Shown piece by piece: positions 1 to 13,717 of a stretch of 64,000 bases of DNA; position 1 is the first letter of the stretch, and every line of letters starts with the position of its first letter. The DNA comes from Mobula hypostoma (lineage: Eukaryota). The translations under genes and the position numbers were made by a program. The notes under the pieces are model-generated. The model was not told the origin of the DNA, made no database searches, and was given only the letters and a program-made list of their open reading frames with translations. The stretch lies in contig NC_086097.1 in assembly GCF_963921235.1 (NCBI RefSeq), forward strand, positions 27,716,001 through 27,780,000, read 5' to 3'.

Positions 1-974
1 ACCTGCTTACCATATTCCAAGTGCAGTCTGACCAATGCCTCATAAAGCCTTACCATTTCATCCTTGCTTTTATATTTTAGTCCTCTTGAACATTACACTT
101 CATATGTTGGCATTAACTTCCATCTGTCACCTATCTGCCCATTCCAGCTGCCTGTCCCCTCTGTCTCTCCTTGAAGTCAATAACTATCCTCTTCACAGTT
201 TATTACACCTCTAAATTTTCACCAGCTGCATTCTTGGAAGTTGTGCCTTGTTTCCAAGTACAAGTCATTAATATATTAACAAAAGCAGTGAGCTGAGTAT
301 AGACCCATGGGGAACTCCACCGTACACTTTTCTGCAGTCTGAAAACTAATCTTTCATTACCACTCTGTTTCTGAGTTAGTTAGCCAATTATCTATCAGTT
401 CTTGGCTTTCAATCTTAATTGCACAATGCAACATTTTATTAAATATCTTTTGGAAGAAGATATAAACTCTGTGGCCACTTTATTAGGTACATCATGTGCC
501 AATTAAAGTGGCCTCTGAGTGTATATTTGTGGCCTACTGCTTTTGAAGCCCAGCCTCTTCAAGGTTTGACATGTTGTGCATTCAGAGATGCTCTTCTGCA
601 CACCACAGCTGTAATGTGTGGTTATTTTAGTTACTGTTGCCTTCCTGTCAGCTTGAATTAGTCTGGCCATTCTCTTCTAACCTCTCTCATTAATAAGGTG
701 CTTCACCCGCATAACTGCTGCTCACTGGATGCTTTCTGTTTTTTGCACTATTTTCTATAAACTTTAGAGACTGTTGTGCGTGAGAATCCTAGGAGATCAC
801 AGTTCCCGAGATACTCAAACCACTCTGTCTGGCATCAACAATCAGTCTATGGTCAAAGTCATTAAGATCACATGTCTTCCCCATTCTGATGTTTAGTCTG
901 AACAACAACTTGACCATGTCTGCATGTTTTTATGCATTGAGTTGTGCCACATGATTGGCTGATTAGATATTTGA

Positions 975-2082
975 ATTCAATACACACAAAATGCTGGAAG
1001 AACTCAGCAGGCCAGGAAGCACTTAAGAAAAGAATACAGTCAACATTTCAGACCGAAACCCTTGGGCAGGGCTGAAGAAAAAAGCTAAGTAGATTTAAAA
1101 GGTGGAGGGTTGGGGAGAGAGAAACATAGAATGATAGATGAGACATGGCAGGGGAAGGATGAAGTAAAGTGCTGGGAAGTTGATTGTTGAAAGAGACAAA
1201 AGGCCATAGAAGAAGGAAGAGGGGTAGGAGCACCAGAGGGAGGCAATGGGCGTGCAAGGAGATATGGTGAGGGAGGGAAATGGGGATGGGAAATGGTGAA
1301 GTGGGGGCTGGGGGAGCATTACCAGAAGTTTGAGAAATTAATGTTCATGCTATCAGGTTGGAGGCTACCCAAACGGAATACAGGGTGTTATTCCTCCAAC
1401 CTAAGGTGGCCTCATCACAACAGTAGAGGAGGCTATGGATGGTCATATCGGAATTGGAATGGAAAGTGGAAGTTAAATGGGTGGCCACTGGGAGATACGC
1501 TTTTTCTGGTGGACAGAGTGTAGGTGCTCAGCAAAGTGGTCTCCTAATCTATGTCGGGACTCACCAATATACAGGAGGCCATACCGTGAGCACCGAACAC
1601 AGCATATGACCTCAACAGACTCACAGAGTATCACCTCATCTGGAAGGATCTTTTAGGGCCCTGAATGGTAGTGAGGGAGGAGGTGTAGGGGCAGGTGGAG
1701 CACTTGTTCTTCTTGCAAGGCTAAGTGCCAGGAGAGGGATTAGTGGGAGGGACGAATGGACAAGGGAGTCACTTAGGGAGTGATCCCTGCAGAAAGTCGG
1801 GGTGGGGGGAGATGTGCTTGTGGTAGGATCCTGTTGGAGGCGGCAAAGGTTTTGGAGAATTATGTGCTGGATGCAGAGGCTGGTGGAGTGGTAGGTGAGA
1901 ACAAGAGGAATTCCATACCCGGTAGGGTGGCAGGAGGATGGGGTAAGAGCAGACGTGTGAAATGGAAGAGATGCAGTTGAGGGCAGCGTTGATGGTGGAG
2001 GAAGGGAAGCCTCTTTCTTTGAAAAAGGAGGGCATCTCCTTCGTTCTGCAATGAAAAGCCTCATCCTGAGAAAGAGGATGAG

Positions 2083-2118
<36 letters not shown>

Positions 2119-2412
2119 GAATTGAGAGAGAGAGAGAGAGAGACGGAGGAATTGAGAGAAGGGTATGGCGTTTATACGAGTAAGTGTAGGACGAGGTATA
2201 GCCCAGGTAGCTGTGAGAGTCCGTGGATTTATGGTAATCATAGCTGGGACCCATTCGAGTGCCCATGGCTACCCCTTTTGTTTGAAGGAAGGAGGAGGAG
2301 CCAAAGGAGAAATTATTTAGAGAGGACAAGTTCCACTAGGTGGAGGAAAGTGGTGGTGGAGGGGAACTGGTTAGGTCTGATGTCCAAAAAAATGGAGAGC
2401 TTTGAGGCCTAC
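975..2412 (-). mobile_element. Penelope-like element (RT remnant, GIY-YIG endonuclease remnant, terminal repeat), internally deleted
   Basis: NNFSF..FLQTKGVAMGTRMGPSY and KSTDSHSYL.Y.SS (PLE RT/thumb); Cys-rich and LYIGE remnants at 1500-1720; pyrimidine-rich tail ending in the abundant ...CTGCTGAGTTCTTCCAGCATTTTGTGTGT repeat. Confidence 0.85.
2080..2160. repeat. (GA)n microsatellite with a GAGGAATT spacer repeated three times
   Basis: Seen directly; a second GA/GT tract lies at 2463-2548. Confidence 0.9.
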
Positions 2413-5400
2413 TTTGCATTAATGACCAAGTGTACAGGTGTACCTAATAAAGTGGCCTCTGACTGAGTGAGAGAAAGTGAGAGAGTGAGAGTGTGAGAGA
2501 GAGTGAGAGAGAGAGAGAGACAGAGAGAGAGAGTGAGTGTGTGTGTGTCCACATCAATCACCATTTTGAAACTTAATTTTAAAAACTTTAACCCATTAGT
2601 TTGACATAATTTGTCTTTAATAAATCCATGCTGTTTTTTTTGAAATCAATCCATAATAATTGAACATAGAAAAGTACAGTTCAGCACAGATCATTTGGGT
2701 CACAATGTTGTAACAATCTTGATGCCAATTTATATTAAATGGGCTCCTCCTGTGTATCATCCACATCCCTCCATTCAAATGTCTACCTGAAAACCTCCAC
2801 CAGATTGCATGCATCCTCTTCTACCCTGGTAACCCATTTCAAGCACCTACTACACCCTACAAAAAAAACTTGCCCTCACGTTGCCTTTGAACTTCTACTC
2901 TCTAACCTCTGGTATTAGCACGTTCTCTGGTGTTTGACGTTTCTACTCCGGGAAAAGATTCTGACTGTCTACTCTTTCTATGTCTTTCATAATTTTAAAC
3001 AGCTCTATCAAGTCTACCCTCAGCTTCCAAAGATCCAAAGGGAACAACCCAAGTTTGTCCAACTTTTCCTTATAGATCATATCTTCTAAAAGGCAACATT
3101 CTGCATTCTCTCTAGAGTCTCCACATGCTTCCTATAATGGGGCAACCAGAAATGCACGCAATATTCAAGTGTGTTCTGACTAAAATTTTATAGAGCTGCA
3201 GCATGGGCTCCTTACTCTTATACTTAACCCCCTTACAAATGAATGCAAGCTTTCTGTAGGCTTTCTTTACCAATTTACCCACTTACGTAGCCACCTTCAT
3301 TGATCTATTCACCTGGGCCCCAAGATCCCTCTGTACCTCAATGTTATTAAAAGACTACCATAATCTGTATACGTGTTTTTTCTCCAATTATTGGTATTGG
3401 CAGTAGTATTGATTTATTATTGTACAAGTACCACGTGAAAAGTCTGTCTTGCATCTTATTCATAAAGATCGAATCATTATATAGTGTATTGAGGTAGAAT
3501 AAGATAAAACAATAACAATGAGGAATAATGTGTAAAAAACAGCCAAAAAAGTCCATTGCAGATAAACAATAAAGAGCAAGATCATATTGAGGTAGATGGC
3601 AAGGGCAAGAATCTATCTTATCATACAAGAGTTCTTTTCAAGAGGAATATCACAGCAGGATAAAAGCTATTTTATTTAACTTGGATAGAAGTTATCCAAA
3701 CTGTCCTTGACTATTGCTTCCACAACATTCATCAACACTGAAGTCTGTAGTTACTGTGTTTATCCCAACATCAGTTTCTGAATAAGGGCATAATATTTGA
3801 GATTATCAAGTCCTCAAGTACAGAGCTAAATATAGATTTTGGTTAGATTATATCCAGTGCTTTGGCAATTTCCTCTCAGTTATCTAGGGGGCATTGCATC
3901 TCAGTCACGGCTTCTCTCACTCAACAACCACCTGGGAGCTTTCAAAAGTGAAAGGAAGGAGGATCAAAAACGAGAGGGCATAGGTTTAAGGTGAGAAGAT
4001 AAACATTTAAAAAGGGCCGAACAGGCAACTTCTTTCTATGGAGGTAATGTGTCTCTGGAATGAGCTGCCAGAATTGGTTGAGGAGGATACAATAACGACA
4101 TCTAAGTGACATTTGGACAGGTACATGGATAGGAAAAGTTTAGAGGATGTGGGCCAAACACAAGCAATATGACTACCTTAGATGGGCATCTTGGTCAGCA
4201 TGGACGAGTTGGGCTGAAGGGCCTGTATCATTCTGTATTACTTTATGACTCCAAGAGGCAATGGATGTTGCTTGAGCAAGAAATCTCTCAGTCACTGAAC
4301 TAATTATAGTAATAGAGAGATACAGCATGAAAAGAGGTCCTTCAGCTCACCAAGTTCACACTGACCATCAATCATCCATTCACTCCGATCCAACATTCAT
4401 TCTACATTTATTTGCCCCACACTTCCATCAAATCCCCCCAGATTCTATCAGATTAGGAACAGTAATTAACCTAACAATGTCTTTGAGATGTGGAGGAAAC
4501 TGAAGCTCCAAGAGGAAACCTACATGGTCACAGGGCGAAGATACAAACTTCAGGCCCAAAATCAGAATTGAACTAGGATTTCTTCTGCTGTGAGGTAGTG
4601 ACTCTACTAGCTGTGCCACAGTGTTGCCCACTGATATCGAGCTCCCATGCAAGTCAAGGCTATTCAACCCGTTGGTTTTGTTCCATTATTTAATAAGATT
4701 TATACCTCAACCCACTTACCTGCCCTGCAGAATCAGACTACCACAGACATTGTTGTATTGTGACAATGGTACAATGCAAATACATAAAAAATACATAAAT
4801 TACAAAAATAAGTAAATAGTGCAAAAAAAAAGGAATAATGGAGTAATGTTCATTGAGTGTGTATTTTCAGGCTCCTGAACCTCCTCCCGATGGGAGTAAG
4901 AAGGACATGTCCCAGATAATGAGGATCCCACCTTCTTGAAGCATAGCCTTTTGAAGACGTCCTCGATGGCAGTAAGGGTTGTGCCAGTGATGGAGCTGGC
5001 TGAGTCTACAACCTTCTACAACTTCTTGCACTCCTGTGTCTTGCAGCCTCCATACCAGGCGGTGATGTAATCGCTGAAGATTTCCCCATATTCATTAATC
5101 ACACTCTTGGAAGTTTTAATAGTAAGTAGTGCAAGTGTTGGGCAGTGACCACAGGGAGCGGAATTTAAAGAAAAAAGAACCCAAGTAAAGCAAGAGATAG
5201 ATATTCAAGTTAGAATTAAAAATACATTGGTTTTAGTTTGGTGAGTTAAACTGAAATAAACTGGCTGACGAGACTTTTGTTTTCTTTGTCGTACAGTTTG
5301 TTGGACACTGTAATTTATGGGATACAATTAACTCTAGAAATTATAGGTTCAGTCTGGTTAATCTGTCTTCAAAAGAAAAATCCAATGTCCCAGGAATCAA

Positions 5401-5969
5401 TGTAGTTTAACTATGCTGCATATCCTCTGGTATCGGTACGTCCCCTTTTAAAGACCCCTAGGCAGTTAAATCCGATCAACCATTCTAGTTACCCCCCAAT
5501 AACTCTTCAGTAACATGTGTAAAATGCTGGAGGAATTTGGAATGTGAGGTAGCATCTATGGAAAGGAACAAACAGTTGATGTTTTGGGCATTGGTACCCT
5601 TCATCAGGACCACAAAAGAAGGAAGAAGAAGCCAGAATAAAAAGGTGGGGGAAATAAAAGGAGTACAAGCAAGAAGGTGAAGCCAGGTGAAGGGGAATGT
5701 GGTGGGGGGGGGAGTGTGTCTTGAGTGTGACTTGAGAACTTAAGTGTAAAAGTTAAAGGGCTAAAAAAGCAGCAATCCAAGTGGACCATGGGAGAAAGGG
5801 AAGGAGGAGAGGCACTACAGTTAGACAGGTGAGAAGAAGAAAAGAGGAGGCAGAATGAGAAAAAAAGAAAAGGACAAAATATTTCAGGAGGTGAGTTGAC
5901 TTTGATAGATTAGGAGACTACATGGAAAGGTACTGCAGTAAACAAGGAATGACCATCATTTAAAGAATT

Positions 5970-6756
5970 AATCAGAATCAGAATCAGATCTATCATCACC
6001 GGCATGTGTCGTGAAATTTGTTAACTTAGCAGCAGCAGTTCAATGCAATACATAATCTAGCAGAGAGAGAGAGAAAAAAATAATAATAAATAATAAACAA
6101 GTAAATCAATTACGTATATTGAATAGATTATTTAAAAATGTGCAAAAACAGAAATATTGTATATTAAAAAAAGTGAGGTAGTGTCCAAAGCTTCAACGGA
6201 TGCCAGAGGGGAAGAAGCTGTTCCTGAATTGCTGAATGTGTGCCTTCAGGCTTCTGTATCGCCAGCCTAATGGTAACAGTGAGAAAAGGGCATGCCCTGG
6301 GTGCTAGGGGTCCTCAATAACGGACGCTGCCTTTCTGAGACACCGCTGCCTAAAGACGTCCTGGGTACTTCGTAAGCTAGTGCCCAAGATGGAGCTGACT
6401 AGATTTACAACCTTCTGCAGCTTCTTTTGGTCCTGTGCAGTAGCCCCTCCATACCAGACGGTGATGCAGCCTGTCAGAATGCTCTCCACAGTACAACTAC
6501 AGAAGTTTTTGAGTGTATTTGTTGACATGACAAATCTCTTCAAACTCCTAATGAAGTATAGCCACTGTCTTGCCTTCTTTATGGCTACATCAATAGGTTG
6601 GGACCAGGTTAGATCCTCAGAGATCTTGACACCCAGGAACTTGAAGCTGCTCACTCTCTCCACTTCTGAACCCTCTATGAGAATTGGTATGTGTTCCTTT
6701 GTCTTACCCTTCCTGAAGTGCACAATCAGCTCTTTCGTCTTACTGACATTGAATGC
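5970..6756 (-). mobile_element. Rex1/Babar-like 3' fragment (same subfamily as 36582-38553)
   Basis: ORF 6304-6723 is nearly identical to the C-terminal ORFs at 37224-38434; (GATTCT)n tail. Confidence 0.9.
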
Positions 6757-7367
6757 ACAGTTTACAACAAAGGAACATATTCAAACCTTGACTAATAAGA
6801 GAAATTAAAGGTAGACTCAGATCAAAGGAAATGGTATCTAATGTTGCCAAATTGAATGGCAAGCCTGGGGTTTGGGAACAGTTCATGGTTCTGCAAAGCA
6901 AGACCAAGACACAGATAAGGAAGGTAGAATACAAGAGCAGTCTATAGTGAAACATTAAGAAAGCACTGAAAAAGTTTCTATAGACTTGTCAAAAAGGAAA
7001 GATTAGCAATAATTAATGAGGATGCAGTACTGACTGAGATAGGAGAAATTATATTGTGAAATAGAAAATGGAAGGGAAATTAACTAAGTTTTCTCTGTCT
7101 TCAGAGAAGAGTCTCAGAAGTAGTGAGAAACAGACATAGGGTGAATGAAATAAAGAAATTAGTATTAACAACAAAAATAGAATTCAGTAAGGTGCTAGAC
7201 AAAAGGTTTTTAAACAAAATTAGAACACATAGCATTAGATGTTTTTAATAAACAAAAGAACAGTGGGTAGAAATAAACATAGGACATAAACGAGTTATTT
7301 TCAGTTTGGAAAGCTGTGAGCAGAGGGGTGCCACATGGATCAGTCCATGACCTCTATAAATGACGTG

Positions 7368-9130
7368 AATCAGAATCCGAATTGGAATCAGAATCAGGTT
7401 TAATATCGCTGGCATATATTGTGAAATTTGCTGTTTTGCAGCAGCAGTACATTGCAATACATAATAATAAAAACTATAAATTACAATATATAAAACAGAA
7501 AATTAAATCAATTAAGTAGGGCAAAAAGAGAGGGGAAAATAGTGAAGTAGTGTTTATGGGGTCATTTTCCATTCAGAAATCTGATGGCGGGGGAAGGGTG
7601 CTGTTCCTGAAAGGTTGTGTGTGTGTCTGTCTCTTTAAGCTCCTGTACCTCCTCCTTGTACTAATGAGAAGAGGGCATGTCCTGGGTGATGGGGGTCCTT
7701 AATGATGGATGCCACCTTTTTGAGGCATTGCCTTTTGAATGTGCTCTTGATGAGGGGAGGCTAGTGCTCATGATGCAACTGGCTGAGTTTACAATTTTCT
7801 GCAGATTTTTCTGATCCTGTGCGGTAGTCCTCCATACTACTGGAGTGTTGCAACCAGTTAGAATGCCCTCCACGGTACATCAGTAGAAATTTGAAAGAGT
7901 CTTTGGTGACATACCAAGTCTCCTCAAACTCCTAATGAAATCTAGCTGCTGGCGTGCCTTCTTTGTAATTGCATCAATATGCTACGCCCAACATCGATCT
8001 TAAAGAGACGTTGACACCCAGGAGCCTGAAATTGCTCTCCATTAGGCTGCTGATCCCTTGATACGGACTGGTGTGTACTCCCTTGAGTTCCCCTTCCTGA
8101 AGTCCACAATCAATTCCTCGGTCTTGAGGGCAAAGTTGTTGTTGCGACGTCACTCTATCTTGCTCCTGTGTGCCTCCTTATTACCGTCTGGAATTCTGCC
8201 AACAGTAGTTGTGCCATCAGCAGATTTACAGATGGCATTTGTATTATGCCTAGCACATAGTCATAGATGTAAAGAGAACAGAGCAGTGGGCTTAGCATGC
8301 ATCCTTGAGGTGCGCCAGTATTGACTGTCAGCAAACAGCAGATGGTATTTCCATTCTGCACTGATTGTGGTCTGCTGGTGAGGAAGACGAGGATCTAGTT
8401 GCAGAGGAAGCTACAGACATCCAGATTTTGGAGCTTGTTGATTAGAACTGAGGGTACGATTGTGTTGAATACTCAGCTGTAATCAATAAATAGCAGCCTG
8501 ATGTACATAGGTATTACTATTGTCCAGGTGATCCAAGGCCAAATGGAGAGCCAGTGCGAATGCATTGCTGTAGACCTATTGTGGCAACAGATAAATTGCA
8601 ATGGGTCCAGGTCCTTGCTTTGGCAGGAGTTGTCTCTGGCCATGACCAACCTCTCAAAGCACTTCATCGCTGTAGGTATGAATGCAACTGGTGAAAGTCT
8701 CAAGGCAGCTCACCTTGTTCTTCTTAGGCACTGACATGATTGTTGCCCTTTTGAAGCAGGTAGGAACCTCCAACTGCAGCAATGAAAGATTGAAGATATC
8801 ATTAAATACTCTCGTCAGTTGTTTGCACAGGTTGTCAGTGCCCTACCAGGTACATGATCAGAGCCTGATGCCTTATGAGGGCTTACCTTCTTGAAAGACG
8901 TTCTGACGTCAGCCTCCAAGGCAGAGATCACAGGGCCACTAAATGCTGCAGGGAATCGCACGGGTTGGCTTTATTCTCCCTTTTGAAGTATGTATAAAAG
9001 GCATTGAGCTCACCTGGGAGTGAAGCATCACAGCCATTCATGATGCTAGATATCGCCTTGTAGGAAGTAATGGCCTGCAAACCCTGCCAGAGCTGACGTG
9101 CATCTGATTCTGCCCCTAACTTCAATCAGA
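7368..9130 (-). mobile_element. Older Rex1/Babar-like LINE copy
   Basis: Fragmented MKCFERLV, DPLQF, LFIDYS and TGAPQGCMLSP motifs; GATTCT-type tail at 7368-7400. Confidence 0.85.
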
Positions 9131-9418
9131 ATTTTTTTTCCATATACAGGAGACCAAATGTAACATTTCCTCAACAAACAATTTGCTGAAAGGACTCACA
9201 GATGCTGAGGAACATCTGTGGTAGGAAAAGAACTATCAATATTTTAGGCTGAGACCCTACATCCCACTGAGTTCTTCCAGCAGATTATTCTTCCAGTATC
9301 TGCAGTTTCATGTGTTTCCACTGAAACATTCCCAGATTCCCAGGATGGCATTGCCAGCTTATGGAAAGGATGCAGACAGACTCCAGGTTAAATACATGAG
9401 TGAGGAAATATCAAATAG

Positions 9419-9558
9419 AATATACTGGGGAAAATATGAGGTCATTCATTTTTAAGGAAGAAAACAGAATATTGTATTTACTAAATGGAATATACTGGGG
9501 AAAATATGAGTTCATTCATTTTTAAGGAAGAAAACAGAATATTGTATTTACTAAATGG
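9419..9558. repeat. 70-bp tandem duplication within a CR1 remnant
   Basis: AATATACTGGGG...CTAAATGG occurs twice with one mismatch. Confidence 0.9.
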
Positions 9559-11609
9559 TTAGAGATTAAAAGATGTTGGTGCATAGAGGGAGTGGGATGG
9601 TCTTGTGTAAGGTATAAGATATAGGAGTACAATTAGGCCATCTGGCCCATCAGGTCTGCTCCACCATTTGATCATGGCTGATTTATTTTCTTTCTCAGCC
9701 CCATTCTTCTGCCTTCTCATACCCTTTGACACTCTTACTAATCAAGAACCTATCAATCTCTCTTTAAATATACCCAATGACTTGGCCTCCACAACCAAAC
9801 GTGGCAATAAATTCCAAAGTATCATTACCCTCGAACTACAGAAATTCCTTCTCATCTCTGTTACAGCATGAAACTAAGAAAGCAGGTAGGGGTTAGCCTT
9901 TATTACAGAAGGATTTCAGAAGGGTCTTGACCCGAAATGTCGACTGTCTACTCTTTTCCATAGATGCTGCCTGACCTGCCGAGCCCTCCAGCATTTAGTG
10001 TGTGTTGCTTTGGAGTATGATGAGCAGTTTTGGCTCCTTCATCTAATAATGGGTGTGCAGCATTGGAGAGGATCCAGAAGACGTTCATCAGAATGATCCT
10101 GAGAATGAAAAGGTTAATGTATGATGAGAGTTGATGGTTCTGAGCCCGTACTTGCTGGAGTTTAGAAGAAGGGGAATCGCCTTAAAAGCTATCAAATACT
10201 GAAATGCCTTGCTAGAGTGGATGTGGAGAGAATGTTTCCTATAGTGAGGGAGTCGAAGTACAGAAGGAACAGCCTCAGAACAGAAAGATGTCCCGTTAAA
10301 ACAGAGATGAGGAGGAATTTCTTAACCTGTGGAATTCATTGCCACAGACAGCTGTGGAGGGCAAGTCATTGGGTGTACTTAGAGCAGAGGTTGGTAGGTT
10401 TTTGATTAGTAAGGGTATCAAAGGTTATGGGGAAAAGGCAGGAAAATGGGGTTGAGAGGGACAGTAAATTAAAAATGATTGAATAACCGAACAGATTTAA
10501 TGTGTCAAATGGTAGTCATTTTGCAATATTATGAATCTATAAGGCGCTATCTCTATGGCCCACATGCCCCCCTGGAGGTCTGATGCCACAACTGAAACCA
10601 CTAACAATAAAAGAATTTGAGGGTGGGATGGGTAAGAAACCTTCACAATATAGCAGGAGACATCTGAAGTCCCATTTTTGCAATCTTCTCCCATCCATTT
10701 TGTTCCATTGCAACCTCCAACCCCTCCCCTATCTGGTTCTGGCTCCATCTGCCGTATACCTCTCCCCTAATGGTTCCTATTCTCACCTCCTTAGCTGATC
10801 AGATTCCAGCACTGGGAGACCTTTGTGTTCCTGCTTATCACCTTCCGATAGCTGTCTCCAACCTTCACACTCTCCTCTTCCCTCGCACCTTTCTCCATCT
10901 GCCTCTTATTTTCCCCTCTCCCTTTCTCTGCCTAGATCTATCATTCCCACTCCTATCACTCCCAGTCCCCTAATAAGCACAACCTGCATGTCATCTCTCA
11001 CCATTCCTCAGTCTACCAATCACCTCAGACTTCTGTTTACCACTCCCCGTCTCCACTCTCAGTCCTGTTGCAGGACTCTGACCCATATCATCATCAATCC
11101 CTTTCCTCCCACAGATACTGTTCAACCCACTGAGTTTCTCCAGTAGATTCCAGCATCTGCAGTCACTGGAGGCTCGAAGCCAAAGAAAATGGCCTGTGCG
11201 AGTTTAGGGAACTGTGTATGTGCAAGGGTACGTAGGAGGAAGGAATGGGGTTTGCTATGCTGTTGTTGTTTTGTCACTTGTTTGAGTTCTGCTGAGCAAC
11301 ATATTTCACTGTATGTTTTGATGTACACATGATAAATAATTCTGAATCTGAATCTTGTGTCCTCATTTTGTATTATTCACCATACTGATCTCTATTAATC
11401 TTAACACCTCTTCCCTGTGGGAAAGGCACAGACTAAAGCTTTGGAATGGGTAAAGCTGATTATGGTAAAGCATTGTAAACAATGGTTGGACATATTCCAG
11501 GACACCACCTTCTGATATATCCATCTGTGTGACATCCACCTGACTGCAACAATTGAAAGACTTAATAACTGTTTTAGTGCCTACTGGATCATCCTAAACT
11601 AGCCAAATA

Positions 11610-12099
11610 CACTCAGTAGCCTACTCGTTAATACAAATATTGAATCAGCCAATCACGTGGCAGCAACTCAATGTATAAAAGCATGCAGACATGGTCAAAA
11701 GGTTCAAGTGTTGTTCAGACCAAACATCAGAATGGAGAATAAATGTGGTCTTTGATTGTGGAGTAATTGTTGATACTAAATGGGATGTTTAGAGCATCTC
11801 AAAAAATCTGGGAATTTCACAGATAGCAGTTTCTAGAGAAGGGTGTGAAAAACAAAATAACATCCAGTGAGCAGCTCTGTGGCTGAAAGCACCTTATTAA
11901 TGAGAGAGGTCAGAGGAGAATGACCAGACTGGTTCAAGCCGACAGGAAGGTGCCAGTAACTCAAGTAACCACGTGTTACAACAATGGTGTGCAGAAGAGC
12001 ATCTCTGAATAAATAACATGGCAAACCTTTAAATGGATGGTCTACGACACCAGAGACCACGAACATACATCCTGTACCTAATATAGTGGCCACTGAGTG
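11610..12099 (+). mobile_element. Non-autonomous Tc1-derived element
   Basis: TA|CACTCAGT...GTGGCCACTGAGTG|TA termini; internal CCAAT, CACGTG and TATAAAA motifs and transposase N-terminal-like remnants. Confidence 0.8.
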
Positions 12100-12570
12100 T
12101 ATGCTTTAGACATCTCCAAAATGTTTAATAAAATATTCAAAGAAAACTTTTTAATGGCCTCTTTATGCATACTACAACATCATCCAAGAACTTGATATTT
12201 GGACACTCCAGGCCAGTCCTGAAGGGCTGGCAATAATTAAGATCACCCATAAGCAATAAAGACCAATATGTGTATTTCTAATTTAACACACGTCAGATTC
12301 AGAGGCATGTTAAATCCTTCTGAGGATAGAGCTTCCCAGCACAATTTGCAATGTGGAGAAAAGGATTACATTTCAGACAGATAAGCTTTCTTATTTCAAG
12401 AGAGTGACGAGGCCTTCTAACACTAGAATGGATGCAATGCAACTAACTCCAAATATCAATCTTATCTACATTATAAAGGCACTGAGGCTGGATGCTACCA
12501 TTATCTGTCATGCACAGTTTAAAAAGGACCTTGCAGTGTCAAAAGCCCTTCAGATATGTGGTGACATCAG

Positions 12571-12606
12571 GTTGCATAGAGACACACTGCTTGTAACCAT
12601 GGCAAC
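12571..12606. promoter_or_regulatory. Candidate RFX X-box pair
   Basis: GTAACCATGGCAAC (12593-12606) fits the 14-bp X-box consensus; a weaker GTTGCATAGAGAC lies at 12571-12583, in non-repetitive sequence. Confidence 0.4.
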
Positions 12607-13044
12607 CTGAACAATGACAATACAGAATTTTAATGGCATGGTTGATGAGTAAAAGTTAACCACCTGCAATTTCACCAACCTGTGCTCAGCCAGCACATTT
12701 CTATCCAGTCAACGATACACAAAATGGAGAACAGAAAGGTACTATGTGACTGTTGTGCTTAGCTGGTTCTTCATCCAGTAGTTGTTCAGACTTTGGCTCT
12801 TTCCCTATAGTGCTACAATCCCTCTTTTTCAAGTTGTTTACTTGTATGGGTAATTTTCTATTATTTATAAGAGCAGATGTGGAAAAATTCTTTCCAGCCA
12901 GAAGATGGTTGAGGTCAGGAACTGTCAAAAAGGGAGCCAAAAGAAAAGAAACCACATCACATTCAAACAGTACTTAGATGTAGACTTGAAGAGACATGAC
13001 CTGTAGGGCTGACCAAGAGATATAAGATGCGATTAGACTGAGTA

Positions 13045-13281
13045 AACACAAGAGATTCTGCAGATGCTGGAAATCCAGAGCTACACCCACAAAATGCTAC
13101 AGGAACTCTGCAGGTCTGGCAGCATCTATGGAAATGAATAAATAGTTGACGTTTTGTGCAGAGACCCTTCATCAGAACTTCTGACTGCAGTTGTGATGTA
13201 GGATCGTGACCCAAAACATAGATTGTTTATTCATTTCCATAGATGCTGGAGGAGCTGCTGATTTCCTCCAGTGCTTTGACT
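13045..13281. mobile_element. Palindromic mini Penelope-like insertion (older)
   Basis: Two inverted PLE terminal repeats; flanking GATTAGACTGAGTA (13031-13044) and GATTACACTGGGTA (13282-13295). Confidence 0.75.
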
Positions 13282-13717
13282 GATTACACTGGGTAGTTCT
13301 TTTTTCCATCCACATCAATGACTCTTCTGTATGTCACAGTGTTTTAGAGTCATACAGCACTGAAACAGATCTTTTGGCCCCACTAGACCATACCAGCCAG
13401 GATTCCCATCTAAGCCAAGATGTGACCCGGGAGGCAAATCACATCATTTCCTGATTATTAAAGGGAATGGGGCTGGCACGATAGTGTAACACTTTGCAGA
13501 GCCGGCAATCATGGTTCAATTCCCCTCCAGGTGCTCCAGTTTCCTCCCACATCCAAAAGCCGTACAGGTTAGTAAGACCTATACATGTTATGTTGGAAGT
13601 ATGGCAACACTTGCAGGCTGCCCCCTGCACATCCTCGGACAATGTTGGTTGTTGACACAAAAACAAAACATTTCACAGTATGATTCAATGTTTCAAACAT
13701 GTGATAAATAAAGCTTA

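Larger units (their letters stand above)
465..2469 (-). mobile_element. Non-autonomous Tc1-derived element split by a Penelope-like insertion
   Basis: TIR of the type CACTCAGTGGCCACTTTATTAGGTACA at 465-490 and about 2438-2469; the body 520-974 is the reverse complement of the 11610-12099 copy and resumes at 2413. Confidence 0.8.

Noticed and set aside
4714..4730. Perfect minus-strand donor CAG|GTAAGT, possibly a micro-exon or recursive splice site
   Set aside because: No good polypyrimidine tract or TTC7B-like coding sequence upstream. A 9-mer match is plausible by chance, and one also occurs on the non-coding strand at about 47402.
12701..12977. Overlapping 84-aa and 74-aa ORFs in unique sequence
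   Set aside because: No recognisable homology or convincing splice signals; the lengths are compatible with chance.
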